From: Chiloscyllium plagiosum
Taxonomy: Eukaryota
Direction: 5' to 3'
Assembly: GCF_004010195.1 (NCBI RefSeq)
Contig: NC_057718.1
Location: 93,908,341 to 93,962,449 of the forward strand
DNA length: 54,109 bases
Each line of letters starts with the position of its first letter. Position 1 is the first letter of the stretch. Below the pieces are notes generated by a model, which was not told where the DNA came from, ran no database searches, and saw only the letters and a list, made by a program, of their open reading frames with translations. The translations under genes were made by a program, and so were the position numbers. This document shows positions 11,771 to 23,189 of the stretch, one piece after another.

Positions 11771-12156
11771 GTTGTGGGGAGTGCAAGCTCAGCATGGTTA
11801 AGCACTGAAGAAGGACAGCAATGTTGAACTTTTAACTGTATTTATTTATTTTAAACTGAGGAGGACATTAATGTTAAACAAAAACAGAAGTTGCTGGAAT
11901 AATGCAGCAGGTCTGGCAACATCTGTGAAGAGAAATCAAAGTTAACCTAGGTACATGACCCTTGACCCATAACCCTTCCTCAGAACTGGACTTGAACAGT
12001 GAACCTTTAACTATATTTCCATATTTTTCTACTTTGCAACCAAGAGTTTGTGCCTTAGTTCCTTTGTACCTAAGGTGGTGTTGGGATTGGCAACATTGTC
12101 CACTTTCACTGCACTCCTGTACCCCTGTACCTGAGTACACGTGACAATAAAATCAA
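11770..12156 (+). mobile_element. 3' part of a non-autonomous retroelement with Rex1-like tail (contains pLTR-like insert about 11875-11990)
   Basis: Ends TTTCACTGCACT...GTACACGTGACAATAAA, matching the tail of the LINE at 13000-13490. Confidence 0.6.
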
Positions 12157-12570
12157 AGTTAAAAATCACACAACACCAGGTTATAGTCCAACAGGTTTAA
12201 TTAGAAGTACTAGCTTTCAGAGTCACTCTCCTTCATCAGGTGATTGTGGAGGACACAATTGTAAGGCACAGAATTTATAGCAAAAGTTTACAGTGTGATG
12301 TAACTGAAATGATACATTTAAAAATACCTCGATTGTTTGTTGAAAGAATCAACAAACAATCGAGGTATTTTTAAATGTATCATTTCAGTTACATCACACT
12401 GTAAACTTTTGCTATAAATTCTGTGCCTTACAATTGTGTCCTCCACAATCACCTGATGAAGGAGCGTCGCTCCAAAAGCTAGTGCTTCCAATTAAACCTG
12501 TCGGACTATAACCTGGTGTTGAATGATTTTTAACTTTGTACACCCCAGTCCAACACCGGCATCTCCAAAT
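12157..12570. mobile_element. Fold-back Penelope pLTR insertion (family A), about 190-bp inverted arms
   Basis: Near-perfect palindrome centred near 12346; TSD CAATAAAATCAA at 12145-12156 and 12571-12582. Confidence 0.9.
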
Positions 12571-12999
12571 CAATAAAATCAAGTTCTAATTCTTTACCCA
12601 TCCCCACAACCTCGGCCTTATCATCACAAGGCCTAGGCCTTTCAGCACAGTTGGCCGATTCTCATCTACTTATGATACCTATTATTAAGTTTTCTCCTTT
12701 CCTGGCTTAACATTATCCATCCCTTTGTTTGCCTATCTTCCTTTCTCTCCCTCTGAGTTCTGACGCCACCTAACATTTCACTCCCTTACGCCACCATGTT
12801 CTGTCTTCAATGGAGACATCACCTTTTCCTTTCCACTGCAGTACTAGTTCTAATGAAGGGTTGCTGGACCTGAAATGTTAACTCTGCTTTCTGTCCACAG
12901 AAGCCACTCGGTGAACTCTGCCACCCCCAGCTGTCTCTGGGCTCCATCACAGAGAGTGGGGAAGTGGAGGGCACTTGTTAAAAAGTGAAAAAGATCGAT

Positions 13000-13490
13000 T
13001 GATTGATTTGATTGTCACGTGTACCGAAGTACAGTGAAAAGCTTTGTTTATGAGCAATACAGGCAGATCATAGTAAGCAAGGATGTACAGATCAGAGAGA
13101 CTTAGACAGAGGCACGTAACTTACATTGTTTATTGAGGCTAGACAGTCCATTCATCACTCTAATAATGGCTGGGAAGAAGCTGTTCCTGAACCTGCTGGT
13201 GCTTGAGTTCAAGCTTCTGTATCTTCTGCCTGATGGTGGAGATTGTAGGAGATCGTTACTGGGGTGTGATAGGTCTTTCATGATGTTGGCAAGCTTTCTG
13301 CAGAAGCGAGTTGTGTAACTGGAGTCCATGGGTGGAAAGTTGGCTTGCATGATGGTCTGGACTGTGCACACCACCTTCTGTCATTCCTTTCGGTGCCGGG
13401 CACAGCAGTTGTCGTACCAGGCTGTTATGTTCTCAATGGTGCACCTGTAGAATTTGTGAGGGCCCTTATGGACATGGCCGACCAAGATAG
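13000..13490 (-). mobile_element. Rex1/Babar-like LINE 3' fragment
   Basis: FYRCTIENITAWYDNC...KDLSHPSNDLLQSPPSGRRYRSLNSSTSRFRNSFFP plus GTACACGTGACAATCAA tail. Confidence 0.8.
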
Positions 13491-14479
13491 TGGCATGGAC
13501 CCAGAGAGCCACTGCAGCGAGGCTGAGTGAATGATGAAGGAGGAGCCACCCGTCGGCAATGCTAGCGTGATGCAAAAACGGCTCCACTTCAGACCGGGGT
13601 CACTCGTTGAGTGAGGAGCTGCTCCCAGGCTGAATCTCCCAGCCAGGCCACACAGGCTGAACTGAGGCTCCAGGCATGCAACTAGACCTGGGTTCCTGAA
13701 CAAGTGGTAGTCTGTTAGATTTTACCATGACTGATTACTCTATCCATAACGGGATTAAACAGGTCATTTTCTTGGGTCTGTGTCCAGATGCATTGGATTA
13801 TTGTGAACATTGAGAAATCAGATAGTTTGGCATACATACCATAAATGAAACAAATTTAATGTAAGAAAAATTGGGCAGGGCCCTTTATGAGGGATTCTGT
13901 TCCACTGCACTCAGAAGTAGCATCTCCCTATGTCATGGCTTGGAAGCTCTTGACTTGCATAATGCATCATTAAAGGATCAATCTGAAAAGTCTTCCATCA
14001 TGAACTGCTAGCTGAGGAGATTGCCTTCACAATAAAAAAAAAGTTTCAAAAACCTGAGTTTCCTGTCATGTCCTTCTTAATGCATTAATCAGAAGCAGAA
14101 ACAAACAGTTCAGTTTCCAAAATAGTAAGGGATTTTAGTTGATATGATTTTTAAGAAAAGCAGTAACACCTTTCACAATCCTGCAATGTGAGCAGATGTG
14201 CCGGATCAAGGCAGTGTTTGAGAATAGGTCATTGCACATTTGCAGCCAAAAATCAATGGTAAAGACCTTTGTGCTGGCTGGCACTTTTGTGTGTGTGTGT
14301 GTTAGGGTCACAGTTTTGTCCAAGTCAATGTTGCAACTGTTTCAGTGATTGCTTCCGGAAGCTGTAGAACAATGCACAACGGTAACAGAGAGCAATTGCA
14401 TTTCAAGTGAAAACACAAGTTGACCAAATCTCTCTTGGGCAAGTGTGCAGGTAATCAATCTAATAATGTAATGCTTCTG

Positions 14480-17400
14480 TTAGGCCTGGTCTTTCTCTCG
14501 TTGTGTTTCCTGCGATGGTTTTGCCCCAGGTCCAGTTCCTCTGGTTCGGACTCTGTCACAGGCAGCGTGTACCAGACCGTGGCCCACTTCTTGTGTCCAG
14601 ACCATCTCAGGAGGCTGCATCCATCTCAGATGCTGAGGCTTCCTCGACACTGAACAGAGGGGGAGAACCCACAGTTTCGGCCGGGCCTTCTGGCTGTTCT
14701 GAGGGGTAAAAAATTGTGGCGCTGGAAAAGCACAGGGCTTATGCATGAAACATCGACTCTCCTGCTCCTCGGTTGCTGCCTGACCTGGCATGCTTTTCCA
14801 GCACCACACTTCTCGACTCTGACTCTCCAGAATCTGTAGTCCTTACTTTCTCCTGTTCTGAGGGGCCAGGCATGTTTTGCTCCTGCCCCATTTGTGAGAT
14901 AACAGCTTTCAGCACGTGTTTATTCAGGACTATATCACCGACCCGAATTTTGTAAGGCACGGGACTGACCTCATGTCAACCTCACCTGATACCCATACAG
15001 GGCCATTTCCATGGTCTGTTACCAAATTTTGTCCCCTGAATTAAATTGTCTGTCTCACTTTGAGGAGCCTTATGGCCAGAATTGATGTTCCTGTTGCCAT
15101 TGTATTGATCCCCCCTCAGGTCGAGGAGTATAGGTTTAACCTGGTGCAGAGTCTTCTCCCCATCATCAACTCTGCTGGAGGTATCCCTGTTATTGCGTGT
15201 GGGCTGTTCCTACAGTCGAACAGGAACCAGGGCAGTTTCATATCAATGGACACTATAGGCTACTTCTTTAAGGCTGCCTTCAATGTTTGGACCACTCTTC
15301 CAGCCAGACCATTGGGTAACAGATAGTATGGAGCTGTCGTTACATGCTGGATGCCATTGGACTTTAGAAAATACTCAAACTCCCTGCTGGTAAATGATGT
15401 CCCATTGTCCGTGACCAATACTTCCAGGAGTCCGTGTATCATGAGCAATGCTCACAGCTTTTCTATCATCATCCCTGAGTTTGCTGAACAAACTTTATGC
15501 ACATCTAACCACTTTGAATGGACATCCTCAATGACTATGAAAGAACCAGCATTGTTGACATGTAACTGAGTCCAGTGTTTACCCGACCATTCCCACAAAT
15601 GTTGGGGTGCTGCTGCTTGTAATTCTTGTCCTTGTTGGCACTCTGGGCACTGCCCCACCAACGCAGCAATGTCGACATCCAACCCTGGCCACCAGACATA
15701 GCTTCTTGCCAGCATCTACATCTTGGAAATGCTTGGGTGACCCTGATGGGGGTCAGTACCTGGTAGTGACCTTCACTCAGGAGGTATCACCCTCACTCCC
15801 CATGGTGATATGCCATCCTCCACAGTCATCTGGTCTCACTGGATCCAGAAATATTTCAATCCTGTTTGTGATGGCCTTTCTGTTTCCCCCATTACCACCA
15901 GCTGTTTTAGTTTCTCTAGGATTGGATCATTTTATGTCCACAGTCGGGTATTGTCCGCTGTGACTAGAAGGGTGTTCAGGACTAGAACAGATTCTTCCAG
16001 GGGAGGCACTGCCATTGGAGTATCGCCAGTGGGAAGTGGCTCAAGGCATCCGCATTAGCCACTTGGCTTCCTGGACCGTCTTCCAACTTGTACTGGCATG
16101 CACTGGGAAGAAGGGCCCAACGCTGAATTCTATCAGAAGCTATGGATGACACCACCTTGTCTTCCTTCATTAGCCCTAGCAGGGGTTTGATATCCATTAC
16201 TATGACAAATTCCCATCTGTAAAGGTATTGGTGGAACTTCCTTACACCAAAGATGACCGCCAAACCTTCCTTCTCTATCTGGGCATATTTGCGTTCAGCA
16301 TCAGCCAAAGTCCAGGAAGCATATGCTATTGGGTGTTCCTCTCTAATGGGTTACTGGTGAGCCAACACTATCCCGATACTCTCTGGGGAGCCATCGCATG
16401 TCAGCACTACCTCTCGCTTCAGATCGCAGTGGGCCAACACTTTAGATGATGATCATTGCTTTTTCACTTCCCTAAAGGCTACTTCTTGGCTACATGACCA
16501 TTTCCAAGGCTGACCCTTTGTCAATAGCCAAGGTGGAGGCCAGATTATGTATGAGTTTTCCATAACAGTACACTAACCCAAGGAAAGACCTGAGCTCCTG
16601 TACAGACGTGGGAGCTGGGGGACCCTTTGATCACCCTCACTTTCTGTTCCAACGGGTATAACCCCGTTTTGTCAACTCTGTAACCAAGTAGGTCACTTGG
16701 GGGCACCTGAAACACACACTTTTCCCTTCTAAGACGTACACCTGCCTAGGAGAAATGTTTAAGCACTTCAAGTGCCCTTTATTGCTCTTCCCTTTTATTA
16801 ACATGTCATCCAGATAAATGGCAACCAGGGGTAGCCCTTATAAAATGTTCTCCATGGTCTGCTGGAAAAAGAGTGCAGGCTAACGATATCCCAAATGGCA
16901 GCCTTGTATATTGATATAAACCCTTATAGTTATTAATTGTAATGTCCTTCTGGGACTCCTCATCTAGTTACAATTGCAGGTAGGTGTGGCTCATGCCCAG
17001 CTTTGTAAAGGACAGCACCCCCCTGCCAACTTTGCGTATAAGTCCTCTATGCAAGGGATCGGGTATTTATCCAGCTGCAAAAAGCAGTTTACCCTTTACC
17101 TAAAATCCCCACAAAGGTGAACCGAGCCACCAGGCATCACAATCAGTATGATCGGTATTGTCCTTTCTGCAAACTGAATTGGGTTTGATGATTCCTCCGC
17201 TCTCCAGTCTCCTGATTTCTGACACCAGACAGGGTGTGCAAAACCTCAGAATCGTTTCCTTGTCAGCTTGTCAAGTGGCTTTGCTAGTCCCAAGCCCTTC
17301 CTGAAATACTCCCAGGTATTTCACTAGGACTTCACTGAGGTAGCCATTTTCCAATCGAAAAATATTGAGCTATTCTACGTGAATCTTTCTCAATGAATTC

Positions 17401-17490
17401 CACCCCAATAGGTTTGGGCCAAGCATCTTACTGCCTCCAGTGGTAACGGCACCAGCTGCTTCTCATTGGAGACCAGAACTGAAGTCATTT
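14480..17490 (-). mobile_element. Decayed Ty3/Gypsy pol (RT-RNaseH-integrase), many stops and frameshifts
   Basis: RT RLPFG...YLDD near 16800-16910; RNaseH ERKYAQIEKEGLAVIFGVRKFHQYL; integrase ARSYVWWPGLD...CPECQ and VTDNGTSFTSREF. Confidence 0.9.
14707..14852 (+). mobile_element. Penelope-derived short insert (family B) inside the Gypsy element
   Basis: 13-bp TSD CTGTTCTGAGGGG at 14694-14706 and 14853-14865. Confidence 0.85.
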
Positions 17491-17575
17491 ACTAGTACAC
17501 AGTATATTGGCTGTGATCAGCCAGCTTGGAGTCCGTCCCCTGAACTGAGGAGATTCTAAATCCACTGTTTATATT

Positions 17576-17725
17576 TTTTTTTTACAGCAGCAGTGGTGGA
17601 GGTCCTGGGAGGGGCCCCAAGGCAAGTCCCAGGCAGCAGCAGTGAGGCAGGCCCCAAGCAGCAATAGCTGAGGCAGGTCCGGGCGGGGTCCCAGAGACCA
17701 ACAGTGGGAGTGGGCCCCAGGTCAG
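17576..17725 (-). mobile_element. GC-rich poly(A)-tailed retro-insert with 19-bp TSD at the LTR TATA box
   Basis: TAAATCCACTGTTTATATT at 17557-17575 and 17726-17744; T-run at left end. Confidence 0.85.
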
Positions 17726-17811
17726 TAAATCCACTGTTTATATTAGTCAGCCAGAACTTTCCTGATTGGCCCAGAACACCACCATTGAAGGATATCATAG
17801 TCAATGAGTTT

Positions 17812-18152
17812 GGGACAGCATGGTGGCTCAGTGGTTAGCACTGCTGCCTCACAACACTAGGGACCTGAGTTCAATTCCCATCTTGGGTGACTGTCTGTGT
17901 GAAGTTTGCATGTTCTCCCCATGTCTGTGTGGATTTCCTCTGGGTGCTCTGGTTTCCTCCCAAGATGTGCAGAATAGGTAAATTGTCCATGCTAAGTTGT
18001 CCATAGTGTTCAGGGATGTGTTGATTAGGTGCATTAGTCTGGAATAAATTTAGAATAGTTGGAGAATGGGTCTGGGTGGGTTACTCTTCGGAGGGCCAGT
18101 GTGTACTTGTTGGGCCAAAGGGCCTGTTGCAACACTGGAGGGATTCTGTGAT
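17812..18152 (+). mobile_element. HE1-type SINE
   Basis: TGGCTCAGTGGTTAGCACTGCTGCCTCAC head; GTTCAATTCC B box. Confidence 0.9.
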
Positions 18153-18477
18153 TTACCTGGTTCCAATCACTGCAAAAGTATTCCAAAAGTGGCCTCACCA
18201 ACTTCTTGAACAACCGCAACTTGATCTCCCCATTCCTAGTCTTTAGGAACATTGTCTAAAATGGTAAGTATGATTAACTCTATGCAATTTTGGAATGGGC
18301 TTCTTCCTTTTTGAAAATAGCTGCAAACAAAAATAGCTTCATGTTAACACATAGTAAAGAGCCTAACGATAGTTTAGGCAAATTTTGACCGAATGTGAAA
18401 ATTAGAATGAAAATAGGAGCGCGCAGAAAATGATGTTGGAATAGCTTAGGTCATTCTCCCTTTATGATATGCAAAGC

Positions 18478-19100
18478 CCATGGATATCGAGTATAAGAAC
18501 GGGCAGGGCATGTTAAAATTGTACAAGACTTTGGTTCGGCCACATTTGGAATACTGCATACAGTTCTGGTCGCCACATTACCAAAAGGATATGGACGCTT
18601 TGGAGAGGGTGCAGAAAAGGATGTTGCCTGGTATGGAAGGTGCTAGCTATGAAGAGAGGTTGAGTAGGTTAGGATTGTTTACATTAAAAAAAAGGAGATT
18701 GAGGAGAGACCTGACTGAGGTCTACAAAATCATGAAGGGAATAGACAGAGTGGATAGAGATAAGCGTTTTCCCAGGGTGAGGGATTCAATAACAAGAGGT
18801 CACGCATTCAAGGTGAGAGGAGAAAGGTTTAAAGGGGGTACACTTGGAAGGAACTTTACACAGAGGGCGGTAGGAGCCTGGAACGTGTTGCCAGCAGGGG
18901 TAGTAGAGGCAGGTACAGTAGATTCATTTAAGGTGCATCTGGACAGATGCATGAGTAGATGGGGAGCAGAGTGATACAGATGCTTTGGAATTGGGCAATA
19001 GATTTAGACAGTGGATTTGGATCAGCACAGGCTTGAAGGGCTGAAGGGCCTGTTGCTGGGCTGTAAATTTTCTTTGTTCTTTGTCCTCTTTGTTCTTTAT
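18478..19100 (+). mobile_element. CR1 LINE 3' fragment
   Basis: LYKTLVRPHLEYCIQFWSPHYQKDMDALERVQ...RRLRRDLTEVYKIM; (TCTTTGT)-like tail. Confidence 0.92.
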
Positions 19101-19249
19101 TTAAAAGAACAGTTTATAAATCCCTAAAGTGTATGAAGTTGAAAGCTGCACGTTCACTCAATGCCTCAGTGAATTGACTCACGCCATGTGCATCATTTAA
19201 TCCAGTCGTCATCTTTGTAAAACAATAGACCTTTGATGAGAATTAACAG

Positions 19250-19555
19250 AAAAGGCAAAGTTGCCATAGTCTTAGCAGACCATATGTCTGCTCTCTCATT
19301 ACAGATCAATGGCTGGTGGTGGTTTAACCTGAGGGTCACCGTGTCTCAGACGAGGGGAGAGGTTGAGAAAGAGAGGCGTTCATGCTAACCTCAGGCAGGG
19401 TGGGAATTGGACCCAGCTCTGATGAAGAGTCATCTTGACTTGAAACATAAGCCTGTTCTCTCTCTGTGGATGCTGCCTGACCCACTGTGATCTCCAAAGT
19501 TTTTTTGTTTCCAATCGGAAATTGGCATTACTGAAACTACCCACCCAGCCAACTT
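19250..19555 (-). mobile_element. tRNA-derived SINE (second family) with nested pLTR-like insert about 19415-19515
   Basis: GGTGGTTTAACCTGAGGGTCACC...GGGAATTG shared with 44545-44700 and 46405-46580. Confidence 0.65.
19416..19452 (+). ncRNA. Minimal hammerhead ribozyme motif (family C)
   Basis: GCU-CUGAUGA-A-GAGUCA-UCU-UGACUU-GAAA-CA-UA-AGC; stem I GCU/AGC. Confidence 0.55.
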
Positions 19556-20059
19556 TTTTAGTGACTTGCTAGTGACACAATAAATTCAGGAGGGGGGATG
19601 TTTCATCGACCTACTCTTCTTTATCTGTTAATCTCTGTGAATGAAAGACGAACACTGCAAACAGTTCCTTCAAAACTTCAGCGTGATTGCATGTACAAAC
19701 ACAGATGTGAATGTGGCCACTAAATGAAAGCCTCCAATCAGGACAGACGCCTCGATGGAAAAACCAAACAATATTAAATTCAGCGAGTCAACAACTGCCA
19801 CACTTCTTCCAAGGACCTCCAAATAGACAGAATGACTTTGTACACTCATTAACATATACAACCTCAGCTGACAGATATAGTTGCTGCTAACTTGTATCCA
19901 AGCTGATCGGAGTGTTTAATGAACCAAGCCACTTTCAGATCAGTTTATGCTTTTAACCACCATCACAAAAGGTCAAACTATGGAGCAGGTTCATTTCTAA
20001 TTAGTAGAAATTCAGAGAATTAATCAGTTGCATCCTCCACTACAAGTGAGCTGAATTGA

Positions 20060-20665
20060 ATTCGATTGGCTTCACTGTCACATGCAGGTACAGATTCTAC
20101 TGTACAAGTTCTTAGGGGGAAAAAAAATTAGAAAATTAAATTTTAAAACATCCAGCATTACAAGTTGTAGGAATAAATTAGAAAAATAGAGAAATATTCA
20201 GAACAGTTCAGAACAACTGTCCTTCCATCCCAGCTCATGATGTGGAGGAGCTGGTATTGGACTGGGGTGTACAAAGTTAAAAAATCACACAACACCAGGT
20301 TACAGTCCAACAGGTTTAATTGGAAGCACTAGCTTTCGAAGCACTGCTCCCACAACCACCTGATGAAGGAGCAGTGCTCCGAATTAAACCTGTTGGACCA
20401 ATACCTGGTGTTGTGTGATTTTTAACCTGATGAAGGAGCAACTCGCTGAAAGCTAGTGCTTCCAAATAAATCTTTGTACAACCCAGTTCACACTGGTACC
20501 TAGCCTCCAGTCTGTATCCAGCCTTGATTCCTGAACATGCTGGGCGTCAGTTTGAGACCAGGAGACCGCTCTGAAATTGCCTGGGAAGTCCACGCTGGGC
20601 TGAAAGACCACCGAAAGACCAACGGACCGAGAGACTGCCATGTGATCCACGAGAGTGGATCATGT
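20060..20665 (-). mobile_element. Non-autonomous element related to 11770-12156, interrupted by a pLTR insert
   Basis: Minus strand GAAGGACAG...TGAACT and CATGTGACAGTGAA tail resemble 11810-12150. Confidence 0.45.
20239..20480. mobile_element. Rearranged fold-back Penelope pLTR insert (family A)
   Basis: Inverted AAAAATCACACAACACCAGG / CCTGGTGTTGTGTGATTTTT; two CTGATGAAGGAGC motifs; approximate TSD CCCAGYTCA. Confidence 0.8.
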
Positions 20666-21039
20666 AAATTCCTTCAAGCATGTTAAATCCCATTGTGGTT
20701 TCAACCCAGAAATTGATGTAAATTTCAGCCTGTGGAAAAGCATTTGCAGAAAATTTGCACATGAAAGTGGGGAAGTGGTTATTTTTTGATCCTTTCTGCT
20801 TCTAGTCAATTACCCATGTTGATTAGTACATTTTAATATTGAGATGGAAGGGAATGAAAAGAATGCATGTTGGTCCTCATTGTTCAGAAATCAGTCAACA
20901 AATCGAAACTGGTTTGGTATGAGGTAAGAATATGACAACAAGAATGACCCTTTGAATCATCAAACTTCTAGCTTATCTAGACCAACAAACTACCACCATC
21001 CAATCAATTTTGAAAAATGATTCCAAAGCAAAAGAGCGC

Positions 21040-21282
21040 CCCTGCTCCCATTCTACCGCTCTGCATTTTCCATGGCTAATCCACAAAGCCAGCACACCCC
21101 TGACATTATAGGCCAGTTTAGCATGGCTAATCCACCTAACCTGCAGATCTTTGAACCATGGGAGGAAACCCACGCAGATACAGGGAGGATGTGCAAACTC
21201 CACATAGACAGTCACATGAGGGTAGAATCAAACCCAGGTCCCTGGCGCTGTAGGGCAACAGTGCAGACCACTGAGCCACCAT
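21040..21282 (-). mobile_element. HE1-type SINE
   Basis: CCACTGAGCCACCA reverse head. Confidence 0.85.
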
Positions 21283-21649
21283 ATCGAGCAGCTCAATGAT
21301 CAGAGGGGCCCAAAGCCCCTGATGGCTCTACTGTAGTTCCAAGGCTATTGAGGAATTGTTGAAAAATGAGGGATTCCTACAGGAGTAATATGGTGAACGT
21401 AGCTATGTAAGGGATTGATGGTTTTTAATTTGCCTGTTGACAACTAGGATGAAATGCTTCATGCAGCGAAAAGCTCCTGTGCTGCCTGGTCAAGGGGGAG
21501 GGCTGCAGCAAACATAGTCTGTAACGTGTGCTGTTGGGACATTCACCAGTTTGTTTATATTTCTCTGAGAAATGCACAGATGTTACTAGTTTCTGTGTGT
21601 GCAAATGGTTTATTTGCAAGAGTTTTTAAATAACTCGCAATCACACAAT

Positions 21650-22510
21650 ACCTGCACCATGCATATTGATGGGCTGGATGGGCTAAGTAGTGATTGGTGC
21701 CAGGGGGATCTCATTGACTATGAGATCTGTAATTGGGGCTGTTAACCTTGCCCAATCAAGGAGCCCTGGCTGACATCTATAAATTGAAGATTGGTCTCGT
21801 TACCTGAAAGACTCTTAGAAGTCTTGTTTCTTGAACTGGTGCCTAAATATAGAAGAGATTTGAAAGGTAGTAGTGTCAGAAATTCCCTGTAACTTCTAAT
21901 AAACTTTGAATCTAACTAATTTGGATCTGATTCTCATTGATTTTTCTGTTGATGGTATTGTATTTAAGTATAATGTGAGAGCTTCTGTCTTTGTATATAT
22001 TAAAATAAATGAGATCTAAGCATATATAAAAAATAAACTGAAGATTGTCTTCCTGGTGGTGGAAATTGAATAAAGATTTGTACACCTTGTGTCTTTCACT
22101 GTGTCTCACACCTGCACACACACAACATGAGTGTGGGGGAATAAATAAGCACTCCACAGTTAGGTGGGTGGTAATTAAAAAAATAATAAACCAGAGTCTT
22201 AAAATAAAAGAAAAAAGATAAACACAAGTGTCAGAGGCTATGTTTCACTCTGAGACTTGGCACTGAGAAAGCATGATCAGTGTCGAGGACTCTCCACATG
22301 TAAAAAAAACAATAACCTGAAGATTTTCTTCCTGGTGGTGGAAATTGAATAACGATTTGTACACCTTGTGTCTCACACCTGCACACAAAAAAATAAACAG
22401 GTGTGTCAGAGTGTCTGTCCACTCTGAAAAGAAAATAAATTGAAGATTTAGAATCTCCTCAGTATAGGGACTGACTCTGTGCTGGCTGGGCCACAGTCAG
22501 TGTATTACTG
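21650..22510 (+). mobile_element. Gypsy-type LTR remnant split at its TATA box by stacked inserts (21793-22435)
   Basis: CCCAATCAAGGAGCCCTGGCTGACATCTATAAATTGAAGATT ... TAAATTGAAGATTTAGAATCTCCTCAG; homologous to 17490-18175. Confidence 0.7.
21793..22435 (+). mobile_element. Stack of A-tailed retro-inserts (non-LTR 3' ends plus transduced LTR-like pieces)
   Basis: 13-bp TAAnnTGAAGATT at 21780, 22034, 22313, 22436; each module ends in an A-run. Confidence 0.7.
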
Positions 22511-23189
22511 CTTGTTTTTTGGGGAAAGCCTGATTCCTGAACTGATTGGTTTACAAAGCCAGTTTTGTTAATTGGTATTCCTTTTTTTATTGAGGACTGA
22601 TTTCTAAACTGCCTGATTTACCCAGTCAATGTGTTTCAGGTGTAATTCAGCCCTCTTTAGGGAACTATTGATTTACTGGCTGTGTACAGTCTGTGAGTTA
22701 CTCTTTTATTTTGAGAAAATGTCTATGCTGATTTTGTCACAGGGCTGAGTCCTTGCACTTTCATTTTCTTTTTTTTCAACATGTTTTCACTTTTTTTGGT
22801 GTTTGGACTGAGCCCTTGTGAGAAAATGTACCTTTCCAGATAAATTGGTCCTGTGTGTAGGCCTGGCCCTTTGTTGGTGAATTAGGGCTCTGTAAAGACT
22901 GAACACTAGTATGTGCTGGGAGGTGAGCATTTGCTGCATCCTGACCTTTGGGAGTGGACCAAACCCCTGTGAGTTAACTGCACTTTTTACAATGTACTGT
23001 GTTCCTGAGAGTGGACCTGGTTCTCTTTTGGATGGGCCAGGTCTCTATGGAGGCTGAACATCTGTGTGTGTGCTGTGGGGTGTGTATTTGCTGCCTTTGG
23101 GCATGGACTCTGCCTTGGTACTGGAAACTCTATTAGGATTTTGTTAAAATATGTGGATTTTGTAATTAATAGTGTTTGAATGCAGGCCA

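Larger units (their letters stand above)
17490..18175 (-). mobile_element. Gypsy-type LTR remnant (CCAAT + TATA), interrupted by insert 17576-17725 and SINE 17812-18152
   Basis: Minus strand GTGATTGG..CTCATTGACTATG..GCCAATCAGG..CTGGCTGAC..TATAAACAGTGGATTTAGAATCTCCTCAG; homologous to 21690-21792 + 22449-22510. Confidence 0.7.

Noticed and set aside
14420..14709. Host exon in GC-richer ORFs
   Set aside because: Continuous with the Gypsy integrase C-terminal region once the 14707-14852 insert is removed
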